Assembly: GCA_963748625.1 (NCBI GenBank)
Contig: CAVVJT010000004.1
Coordinates: forward strand, 544,001-608,000
Source: an uncultured Chloroflexia bacterium
GTDB taxonomy: Bacteria; Chloroflexota; Limnocylindria; Limnocylindrales; CSP1-4
Direction of reading: 5' to 3'
Length of the DNA: 64,000 bases
The position numbers and the translations under genes are program-made. The notes beneath the pieces are model-generated. The model was not told the origin of the DNA. It saw only the letters and a list, made by a program, of their open reading frames with translations, and did no database searches. Positions 50,336 to 58,595 of the stretch are shown here, one piece after another (the first letter of the stretch is position 1; each line of letters begins with the position of its first letter).

Positions 50336-52458
50336 CGCCCGGCGCGGTTCTTCGGCGGGGGCGGGAGCTTCGTCTCGCCCTTGACCAGGAAGTGCGTGAA
50401 CCAGTCGCGCACCTGGACCAGGTTCTCGGCCCGGCGGAACGGCGCACCCGAGCGCGTGAGCTCGTGGCTCTCGTTGGGCACCCGCATGAACCGGACCGGC
50501 CGCTTGAGCGAGCGCAGGACCGTGAACAGCGTCTCGGCCTGGCCGACGGTGCAGCGCAGGTCCCGCTCCGCGTGCTGGATGAGCAGCGGCGTGCGGACGT
50601 TCTCCGCCAGCGAGATGGGCGAGATCGAATGCCAGTAGGCCACATCCTCCCAGGGCCACTTCCCGAACTCGAGCTTCGCCCACTCGCCGCCCGAGATGTC
50701 GCCCGACAGGAACAGCATCCGCATGTCCACGACGGAGCGCGCCGTGAGCGCCGCCTTGAAGCGGTCCGTCCGACCGACGATCCAGTTCGTGAGATAGCCG
50801 CCGTACGAGCCGCCGGTCACGCCAAGGCGCGCAGGATCGGCCAGGCCGTCATCGATCGCCTGGTCCACACCGACAAGGACGTCGGACATCGGCCCGTCGC
50901 CCCAGTCGCCCAGGTTCGCGCGGTTGAAGGCCTCACCGTAGCCCTCGGAGCCACGCGGGTTGCAGGCCAGAACGGACATACCGGCGCCCGCGAGGACCTG
51001 CCACTCCAGGATCGGCGACCAGCCGTAGAGCGTGTGCGGACCACCGTGGATCTCGACGACCATCGGCTGCGCGCCGTCACCCGCAGGGTAGAGCCAGCCC
51101 TGGATCTCCCAGCCGCCGCTCGTCCAGCGGCGCTCCACCGGCTCGATGAGCGCCAGCTCCGCAGCAAGGTCCGCGTTCGGTGCGGCCAGCACCATGGGCT
51201 CCGCTTCGACCAGGTCGCCTTCGCCCACCTCGAAGGTCACGACCTCCGGCAGCACCGTCGCCGTCGAGCGCACGGCCACGATCCGGTCCGCCGCGCCGTC
51301 GGCCAGGGCGTCCCAGCCCGCGAGGTAGTGCCGGTCCGACGTCAGCCGCAGCGGATCCCCGCCCTCGAGCGGGACCCGCCACAGCTCGAACGAGCCGTCC
51401 ACGGGCGCCGTGAACAGGACCGCGGTCCCGTCGGCCGTCGGCACCAGCTGCGGCCCTTCGCCCAGCGTCACGTCGCTGTTCATCGCGGAGTCCGGCTTCA
51501 GCGGGGAGCTCTCGATGAGATCCTTCCCGCCGCGCGCGCCCGCATCGGACCCGTCGGCTGCGAACCGCCAGATGCCCGTCCGGTAGCCGGCCCGCGGGAA
51601 CCGGTCGCCGAAGGCCAGGACGGACGCGCCATCCCGCGTCCACGACGGGTTGAAGAACGACGCGTCGTTGCCGCCGGCCACGGTCGTGACCTCGCCCGAG
51701 GCCACGTCCACCACGAACACCGACGAGCGCCAGTCGATGTCGGGATCGCGGCGGCGGTTGGCCGTGAACGCGATGCGCGTGCCGTCGGGGGACCAGGTCG
51801 GCGACGTCTCGGCCGACGGCCCTGCGACCAGCTGCCGCGCCTCGCCCGTCGCCACGTCCACCAGCCAGAGATGCGTCTCCTGGTCGTCGATGAATCCCGC
51901 GCCGTTGTACTGGTAGCCGAGCTTGTCGATGAACCGGTAGTCCGACAGCGGCGTGTCGCCGGGCTTGGGCGCGTCGGGGCGGCCGCGCTTGCGCTTGTCC
52001 TCCTTGATCGTCGCGCCGAGCGACGAGGTCAGGACGGCGAGCTGGGCGCCGTCGGGCGACCAGGCGAACTCGGACACGCCCTTGGGGAGGTCGGTCAGGC
52101 GGCGCGCCTCGCCGCCATCGAGCGGGAGCAGGTGGACCTGGACGCAGTCGTCGCGGTCCTTCATGTCAGCCGGGCGGTCCGGCTCCTCCTCCACGAACAG
52201 CCGGCGGTCCGAGAGGAACGCGAGGGTGCGGCCGTCGGGCGAGAAGCGGGCATGGCGGTCCGTCCGCGCGCCCAGCGTGAGCTGGCGGGCGGGCGTTGAG
52301 CCGTCCACGGGCACGAGCCAGATGCTGTGCCGATAGGCGTCCTTGCCCACGGCGGCGCGCTTGACGGTGAAGGCGACCTGGGTGCCGTCGGGCGAGAGCC
52401 TGGGGTCGAAGGGGACGGCGAGGCGGTACAGGTCGTCGGGGCGTGCGGATCGAGGCAC
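50332..52458 (-). CDS. S9 family acylaminoacyl/dipeptidyl peptidase with PD40 propeller repeats
   Basis: SPDG repeats, IHGGP, NPRGS.GYG, GGSYGGY, DLRC, ESHEL. Confidence 0.92.
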   Translation of the reverse strand: MPRSARPDDLYRLAVPFDPRLSPDGTQVAFTVKRAAVGKDAYRHSIWLVPVDGSTPARQLTLGARTDRHARFSPDGRTLAFLSDRRLFVEEEPDRPADMKDRDDCVQVHLLPLDGGEARRLTDLPKGVSEFAWSPDGAQLAVLTSSLGATIKEDKRKRGRPDAPKPGDTPLSDYRFIDKLGYQYNGAGFIDDQETHLWLVDVATGEARQLVAGPSAETSPTWSPDGTRIAFTANRRRDPDIDWRSSVFVVDVASGEVTTVAGGNDASFFNPSWTRDGASVLAFGDRFPRAGYRTGIWRFAADGSDAGARGGKDLIESSPLKPDSAMNSDVTLGEGPQLVPTADGTAVLFTAPVDGSFELWRVPLEGGDPLRLTSDRHYLAGWDALADGAADRIVAVRSTATVLPEVVTFEVGEGDLVEAEPMVLAAPNADLAAELALIEPVERRWTSGGWEIQGWLYPAGDGAQPMVVEIHGGPHTLYGWSPILEWQVLAGAGMSVLACNPRGSEGYGEAFNRANLGDWGDGPMSDVLVGVDQAIDDGLADPARLGVTGGSYGGYLTNWIVGRTDRFKAALTARSVVDMRMLFLSGDISGGEWAKLEFGKWPWEDVAYWHSISPISLAENVRTPLLIQHAERDLRCTVGQAETLFTVLRSLKRPVRFMRVPNESHELTRSGAPFRRAENLVQVRDWFTHFLVKGETKLPPPPKNRAGR

Positions 52459-52571
52459 GAATTCCTCCGGGTGTCGTGGCAGTGCGGCCAGTCTATCCCC
52501 GAGCCACCCGTGGCAACGCGACCCTGGCCGCTGTCCGCCCCTCGCGTCCGACGGGCTACCATCGGCGGGCG

Positions 52572-53345
52572 ATGCCCGAGCAGCTCGACCTCTCGCTCGA
52601 GACGGCCCTCCCCCACCCCGGGGACGTGGCGCCGATGTGGCCGGTCGCGGCCGCCGAGCCGTTCGACTCCCCTGACTTCCTGTTCGAGCCGACCTGGGGC
52701 GGGCACCGGGTCCTCGTGTACGTGGAGCCGGGCGAGCGGGCGGGCGCGGGCGAGGTGCGCGTGGTCGACCCCAACGGCCTCGATGTCACCGCGCGCATCC
52801 CGGAGCTCAGGGGGCTTGCTGTGCGGGTGGCGGCCCGTTCGGCCGTGCTGGACGCCGAGCTGGTGGTGGTCGATGCCCAGGGTCGCGCCGACGACGACGC
52901 CCTCCGGGAGCGCCTGGCCGGCCGACCCGGACGCCCGGTCGCCTGCCTCGTGTTCGACCTGCTGCACCTCGACGGGCGCTGGCTCCTCCGGGAGCCGCTG
53001 GAGAAGCGTCGGGCCACCCTGCGGCGCGTGCTCCGCCCCGGCGACGAGGTGGTCGCGGTCCCGGCAATCGCGGGCGAGGGCCGCGCGCTCCACGCGGCGG
53101 TGTCCGAGCAGGGCATCGCGGGAATCCTGGCGCGACGGCGGACTGGCCCCTATCTGCCCGGCGTTCACAGCCGGCTGTGGCGTGCGATCCCGGCCACCCC
53201 GGTCGGTGCCGCGGACGCCCCCGTTGAGGCACCCGAGACCGAACCTGGACCTGCACCCCAACCGGCGATCGAGGCCGGTACCGCCCCCGTCATGGCGCTG
53301 TTCCGCCGCCTCCCCTTCGCCGACGAGTCCCCTGGCGAACGCTGA
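52572..53345 (+). CDS. ATP-dependent DNA ligase adenylation-domain homolog lacking the catalytic Lys
   Basis: LigC/LigD-like fold motifs (VLDAELVV, VFDLLHLDG, PLEKRR..L, PY.PG..S..W) but motif I reads EPTWGGHR. Confidence 0.8.
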   Translation: MPEQLDLSLETALPHPGDVAPMWPVAAAEPFDSPDFLFEPTWGGHRVLVYVEPGERAGAGEVRVVDPNGLDVTARIPELRGLAVRVAARSAVLDAELVVVDAQGRADDDALRERLAGRPGRPVACLVFDLLHLDGRWLLREPLEKRRATLRRVLRPGDEVVAVPAIAGEGRALHAAVSEQGIAGILARRRTGPYLPGVHSRLWRAIPATPVGAADAPVEAPETEPGPAPQPAIEAGTAPVMALFRRLPFADESPGER

Positions 53346-53354
53346 CCGGCGAGG

Positions 53355-54656
53355 CTATCGCCCGCGGATCGCCCTCGCGTACGTCCGCAGGGACGGTGGC
53401 TGCCCGTACACGAGCACGCCGGCCCGGTACACGCGGATCGCGAGCAGGATCGCGATCGGCACTGTGACAGCGAGGATCGTGAGCGAGAGCAGGACCTCGC
53501 CCGGCGTCGCCGTGCCGACGGACATCCGCGCCAGCATCACGAACGGACTCCAGAACGGCACGTACGACGCGATCTGGATGAACGTCCCCTGCCCGCCCGA
53601 CAGCGCGAGCACCGCCGGCAGGTAGCCCATGATCGCCGGGATGGACAGCGGCAACGCCACGGTCTGCAGATCCTCGGGCCGGCTCAGCAGCGAGCCCGCC
53701 CCCGCGTACAGCGCCGCGTACAGCGCGAACCCGAGCACGAAGAACGCCAGGAACCCGAGGATCAGGCCCGGCGACAACGCGGACAGCGAGGCGCCGGCGT
53801 TCTGGCCCGGCCCGAGCAGGGCATCGCTGATCCCGCCCGATGCCGCGAGCACGAGCATGGATGGCACCAGCACCAGGATCACCTGGGTCAGCCCGGCCGC
53901 ACCGATCCCCGCGATCTTGCCGGTGACGAGCTGCGGGGCCGTTGCCGCCGAGATCAGCAGCTCCATGACCCGGCTCGCCTTCTCTGCCACCACGCCGGAC
54001 GCCACCCACATGCCGTAGAAGACGAGCGTCAGGAACTCCAGGACGACGAGGACGATGCCGACGATGCGCCGGCTGCCGTACTCGGCGGGGTCGACCTGCT
54101 CCTGGCCGGAACCCGGACCCGACGCCTGGGCTGCGTCCTCGACCTTGAACGTGGGGATGACGAACGGCCGGGTGGCGGCGGGCTGCGACGCCGTCCAGTC
54201 AAGGATCCCCACCGCGAACGCGCCCACCTGGAGCAGTTGCTGGCGGTCCTGGCCGAGGCCGCCGATCGTGACGACCCGCATCGCGATGCCCTCGTCGGCC
54301 GTGCGCTCCAGGATCACCGCACCCGACGCCCGGCTGTCGGCCACCATGCCGACCGCCGTGGCCTCGTCGGAGACCACCTCGAAGACGAACGTCCTGGCCG
54401 CAGTATCGGCGCCGGCCTGGCCGTTGAGGAACGTGTCCATCGTGCCCACCGCCCGATCGGCAAGGCCAGGCTCCGCGGCGGCCACGGCGATCCGGGTGAC
54501 CGTCGCGCGGTCCACCACCCGGATGGCGACCGGGATCAGGGACACCATCATCGCGAGGCCCGCGAGCATGATCGTGGACAGCAGGAAGGCCCGCGACCCC
54601 GTGCGCTCCCCGAACTCGCGCTTCGCCACCAGCAGGGTGTTTCCGATGCGGCTCAC
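53355..54656 (-). CDS. ABC-2 type permease (NatB/YhaP-like)
   Basis: VAKREF, VVAEKASRVMELLIS, GKIAG, YRAGVLVYG. Confidence 0.88.
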   Translation of the reverse strand: MSRIGNTLLVAKREFGERTGSRAFLLSTIMLAGLAMMVSLIPVAIRVVDRATVTRIAVAAAEPGLADRAVGTMDTFLNGQAGADTAARTFVFEVVSDEATAVGMVADSRASGAVILERTADEGIAMRVVTIGGLGQDRQQLLQVGAFAVGILDWTASQPAATRPFVIPTFKVEDAAQASGPGSGQEQVDPAEYGSRRIVGIVLVVLEFLTLVFYGMWVASGVVAEKASRVMELLISAATAPQLVTGKIAGIGAAGLTQVILVLVPSMLVLAASGGISDALLGPGQNAGASLSALSPGLILGFLAFFVLGFALYAALYAGAGSLLSRPEDLQTVALPLSIPAIMGYLPAVLALSGGQGTFIQIASYVPFWSPFVMLARMSVGTATPGEVLLSLTILAVTVPIAILLAIRVYRAGVLVYGQPPSLRTYARAIRGR

Positions 54657-55609
54657 GGTGCCGGCACCGGGTCGGCCACGTCCGGCGCGAGGTGCTGGAC
54701 CTCGTCGGCGGGATGCCCGACATGGTCGATGAAGACTTGCTCGAGGGTGGGATCGGCCACCTCGAAGTGGATCACCCGCGCGCCCGCGGCAACGGCTGCG
54801 GCCAGCACGGCGTCGGGCTCGATGCCTTCGTCCAGCTCCACGGTCGAGCGGTCCATGCCCGCCTGGAGCACCCGTGTGCCGACCACGCCTGACAGCCAGG
54901 GCAGGCGCGGATCGCCGGCCACTGAGATCCTGACCATCCGGCGCCCGGTGGACCTCCGCACCTCGCGCAGCGGCCCGCCCACCACCATCCGCCCCCGGTC
55001 CACGATCGCGACGGAATCGCACAGCGCCTCGGCCACCTCCATCTGGTGGGTGGAGAAGACGACGGTGCGCCCGCGGTCGCGAAGCTCCAGGAACGCCTCG
55101 CGCAGGAGCATGACGTTGACCGGGTCCAGGCCCGTGAACGGCTCGTCCATCAGCAGCACCTGCGGTTCGTGGAGGACCGCGGCGATGAACTGGACCTTCT
55201 GCTGGTTGCCCTTCGAGAGCTGCTCGGCCTTGCGGGGGGCGAGGTCCTCGGCCCGGAACCTTCGAAGCCAGGCAAGTGCCTCGCGCTTCGCCCGGCCGGC
55301 GGGCACACCGTGGAGCCCCGCGAAGAAGACGAGCTGGTCGAGGACGTGCATCCGCGGGTACAGGCCGCGCTCCTCGGGCAGGTAGCCCCAGGTCGCGCGC
55401 GGCAGGCGGTGGCTCTCCGTGCCCTGCCAGGTGATGCGGCCGGCGTCGGGCTCCAGGACGCCCAGCGCGATGCGCATCGTCGTGGTCTTGCCCGCGCCGT
55501 TGGCGCCGAGGAAGCCGAAGACCTGGCCCGCCGGCACCTCGAACGCGAGGTCGTCGAGGGCGCGCACGCTCCCGAAGCGCTTGTGCAGATGGTCGACGAC
55601 GAGGCTCAT
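54653..55609 (-). CDS. ABC-2 type ATP-binding protein (YhaQ-like)
   Basis: GANGAGKTT, GYLPEERGLY, LSKGNQQK, MDEPFTGLDPVN, FSTHQM. Confidence 0.92.
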   Translation of the reverse strand: MSLVVDHLHKRFGSVRALDDLAFEVPAGQVFGFLGANGAGKTTTMRIALGVLEPDAGRITWQGTESHRLPRATWGYLPEERGLYPRMHVLDQLVFFAGLHGVPAGRAKREALAWLRRFRAEDLAPRKAEQLSKGNQQKVQFIAAVLHEPQVLLMDEPFTGLDPVNVMLLREAFLELRDRGRTVVFSTHQMEVAEALCDSVAIVDRGRMVVGGPLREVRRSTGRRMVRISVAGDPRLPWLSGVVGTRVLQAGMDRSTVELDEGIEPDAVLAAAVAAGARVIHFEVADPTLEQVFIDHVGHPADEVQHLAPDVADPVPAP

Positions 55610-55718
55610 GCGCGGCCGAGCATAGCCGCCACACCCCCGATCGGCCCCGGACGGATGGTCCCGGCCCACCCCGGTACCCCCGTCGCCACCCCAGCGGTCC
55701 GAGGGGTACGATCGGAAC

Positions 55719-56117
55719 GTGCAGGACATCCGGGTCAACCCCACCGCCATTGACGTCAACCGTGCCGCCGGCACCATCCGCCTTGGCTGGGCCGACGGCC
55801 ACGAGACCACCTATGACAGCGTCACGCTGCGCTGGCTCTGCCCGTGCGCGTACTGCCGGGGTGAGGCGGGCGTGCCCGGCTGGCTGGACTCCAATCCCAC
55901 GCTGACGCCCGCACAGACGCAGATCACCGATGCCGCCCTGGTGGGCAGCTACGCCATCCAGCTCACCTGGGGCGATGGCCACAGCACCGGCTTCCACACC
56001 TACATGCTGCTCCGCGAGATGTGCCCCTGCGCCGACTGCGCTCGCGCCCGCGAGCAGCACCGCGAGCACGACGAGCCCGCCGGCGGCGACCGCCACTGGC
56101 ATGGAGGAGACCGATGA
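55719..56117 (+). CDS. DUF971 / GBBH N-terminal-like domain protein
   Basis: WADGH, LRWLCPCAYCRG, VGSYAIQLTWGDGHSTG. Confidence 0.85.
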   Translation: MQDIRVNPTAIDVNRAAGTIRLGWADGHETTYDSVTLRWLCPCAYCRGEAGVPGWLDSNPTLTPAQTQITDAALVGSYAIQLTWGDGHSTGFHTYMLLREMCPCADCARAREQHREHDEPAGGDRHWHGGDR

Positions 56118-56458
56118 TCATCGCGACCACGCCGTACATCGCGGGCTACCGGGTGGCGGAGACCAAGGGCCAGGTGTTCGGAGTGGTCGTCCGAAGCCGG
56201 GGCCTCGGCGGCAACATCGTTGCGGGTCTCCGCTCCATCGCGGGTGGCGAGATCCACGAGTACACCGCGCTGCTCGAGGACACCCGGCGCCAGGCGATCG
56301 ACCGGATGGTGCAGAACGCGACGCTGGTAGGCGCCAACGCGGTGATCTCCATGCGCTTCGACTCGTCCGAGCTGGCGGGCACGATGTCCGAGATCGTCGC
56401 CTATGGCACCGCCGTGGTGCTGGCGCCGGACATGGTGGCGCCACAGCCCGTCGAGTAG
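56114..56458 (+). CDS. YbjQ (UPF0145) family protein
   Basis: IAGGEIHEYT, GANAVISMRFD, AYGTAV. Confidence 0.9.
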   Translation: MIIATTPYIAGYRVAETKGQVFGVVVRSRGLGGNIVAGLRSIAGGEIHEYTALLEDTRRQAIDRMVQNATLVGANAVISMRFDSSELAGTMSEIVAYGTAVVLAPDMVAPQPVE

Positions 56459-56475
56459 CGCGGGCTGGGTGCACG

Positions 56476-56829
56476 ATGGGCGTGACCATCGCCCGGGGGC
56501 TGATCGGCGGCACCGGGGTTGTCCTGGTCCTGCTGGCCATCGCGTTCCTGGGGATCGCGGGTCCGGCTGCCGACCTGTTCACGGCGCTCTTCCTGTTCGT
56601 GCCGGGCGTACTGCTCGTCGGGGCCGTGCTGCTGGAGCGCGTCCGCTACCGCTCCCTCCATGCCGAGCGCACCGGCGACCGGGCCGGACCCGGTGGCGGC
56701 GAGACTGCGCACCCCGATGCGCGCTTCCAGCCCACCGGTGAGGTCTTCGTGGACCCGACCACCCGTGTCCGCATGCGGGTGTGGCTGGATCCGGCCACCG
56801 GCGACCGGCGGTACGTCCCGGAGGGGTAG
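56476..56829 (+). CDS. Conserved hypothetical two-TM membrane protein
   Basis: Two TM helices, then ERVRY and C-terminal TGEVFVDPTT...VWLDPATGDRRY. Confidence 0.75.
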   Translation: MGVTIARGLIGGTGVVLVLLAIAFLGIAGPAADLFTALFLFVPGVLLVGAVLLERVRYRSLHAERTGDRAGPGGGETAHPDARFQPTGEVFVDPTTRVRMRVWLDPATGDRRYVPEG

Positions 56830-56942
56830 CGGTCGAACCCGCGCGTCGGGACGGCGCGGCAGACCGGTTCGCGCCACCGGAACACGGCGCACAATCACCC
56901 TGAACGGGCCCGAGCCCGCCCGCACGACGAGGAAACAGCCCC

Positions 56943-57317
56943 ATGCAACCCGGCGAGCCGCCGTACACCCCGCCGCCGCCCATCCCGCCGGGCGGCGCGC
57001 CCACCAAGTTCTGCTTCGCTTGCGGCCAGGTCATCGACGTCCGCGCCGAGATCTGCCCCAAGTGCGGCGTCCGCCAGCCGGGCATGGCGAACAGCATCGA
57101 CGCGCAGCTGGGCCACTCGCGGATCGTGGCGTCCCTGCTCGCGATCTTCCTGGGCGCCTTCGGCATCCACAAGTTCTACCTGGGCAAGATCGGCCAGGGC
57201 GTCGTCTACCTGGTGTTCTTCTGGACGTTCATCCCGGCGCTGATCGGGTTCATCGAGGGCATCTGGTACCTGACGATGTCGGACCAGGAGTTCTGGAGCC
57301 GCTACCCCGGCCGCTAG
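56943..57317 (+). CDS. Zinc-ribbon + TM2 domain protein
   Basis: FCFACG..CPKCGVRQ; LAIFLGAFGIHKFYLG. Confidence 0.88.
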   Translation: MQPGEPPYTPPPPIPPGGAPTKFCFACGQVIDVRAEICPKCGVRQPGMANSIDAQLGHSRIVASLLAIFLGAFGIHKFYLGKIGQGVVYLVFFWTFIPALIGFIEGIWYLTMSDQEFWSRYPGR

Positions 57318-57347
57318 CGTCATCCGAGCCCCTGGAGCCGACGAGCC

Positions 57348-58407
57348 ATGATCGAGCCGCCCGACCTGCCGCCCCCTGCGCCCGCGGCGCCAATTCCCGG
57401 CCCACCCGAGGCTCCGGGCCCCTACGCGACCGTGTGTCACGCCTGCGGCAGGTCGGTCGATGCACGCGCGCAAGCCTGCCCGCACTGCGGCGCATGGCGT
57501 CTGGCCCCCGGCGCCGGCACCCAGATCCCGGCGTACGGTGAAGGGAAGGATCGCGTCCTGGCGATCGTTCTCGCCCTGCTCCTGGGCGGCCTCGGGATCC
57601 ACAAGTTCTACCTGGGCCGGATCGGGCTTGGGATCCTCTACCTGGTGTTCAGCTGGACGGGCATCCCGGGGCTGATCGCGTGGATCGAGGCGATCCTGTA
57701 CCTCCGCCGCAGCGACGAGTCGTGGGCTGCGGAGTACGGGGGCCCCGTCCGGCAGACCAGCAGCACGGCGATCGGCTGCCTGTGGGCCGTGGTGATCGTG
57801 CCGGTGGCGCTCGGGCTCATCTCCCTGCTCGCGATCGTCTCGCTGCTGTTCATGGGCAACCAGATCAGCGGCATCCTCGACGAGGTGGATCGAGGGGTCC
57901 CCATCTCGTCACCCCTGGCTCCAGCCTCACCGTTCGCGCCAGCTGCCACCTCGCCGTCGGCCTCGACGACAGCCATCGACGCGCTGCTCGAGGAGGCGGC
58001 CGCGAACCCCGACGACGTGGACGTCCTGCTCGCGCTGGCCGACGCCTACTACGCGGCCGAGGACTACACGGCATCCGGCACCTGGTTTGACAAGGTCCTC
58101 GCCGTGGACCCTGGGAACGAGGAGGCACGGCTCGCCCGGGGGGCCGTCCACTTCAACCTCGGCGAATTCGAGCAGGCCAAGCGGGTGTGGCTCGCCTTTG
58201 CTGCGGCACACCCGGACGACCAGGAGGTCCACTACGACCTGGGGTTCCTCTATCTCAACGAGGAACCACCCGACTGGGACGGCGTGCAGCGAGAGTGGAA
58301 TCGTGGTCGTGGCCATCGATCCTTCCACCGAGCTTGCCCGAGCCGTCAAGGCGCACCTCGACAGCCTCGCGGCCTCCTCCATGCTTCCTGCGGCACCCAC
58401 ACCGTGA
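57348..58407 (+). CDS. Zinc-ribbon + TM2 + TM + TPR protein; +1 frameshift near 58305
   Basis: CHACG..CPHCG, LGGLGIHKFYLG, TPRs (NPDDVDVLLALADAYY); natural tail VVAIDPSTELA in another frame ending at 58407. Confidence 0.78.
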
Positions 58408-58595
58408 GGTCACCAACACCCTGAGGTCACCGAGACACGCGCGCCGGGCGGCAGCCGTCGGCCAGCCGCACAGGCGCCTCAGGAGGACCTGCCGAGGACG
58501 GATGGTAGGATTCACGGACTCCCGAACCGGTGATCCGGGGTGGCTGGGGCGCCGTTGCGCCCCAGGACCGGTGACCGGCGGGCCCAAGAGGACCC

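Noticed and set aside
53355-56102. 915-aa minus-strand ORF
   Set aside because: Only 53355-54656 is the permease; the rest is an alternative frame over the ATPase and antisense to DUF971
58399-58432. 17-bp direct repeat upstream of ppk1 as a PHO box
   Set aside because: Period is 17 rather than 11 bp and it overlaps the previous stop codon; looks like a local duplication
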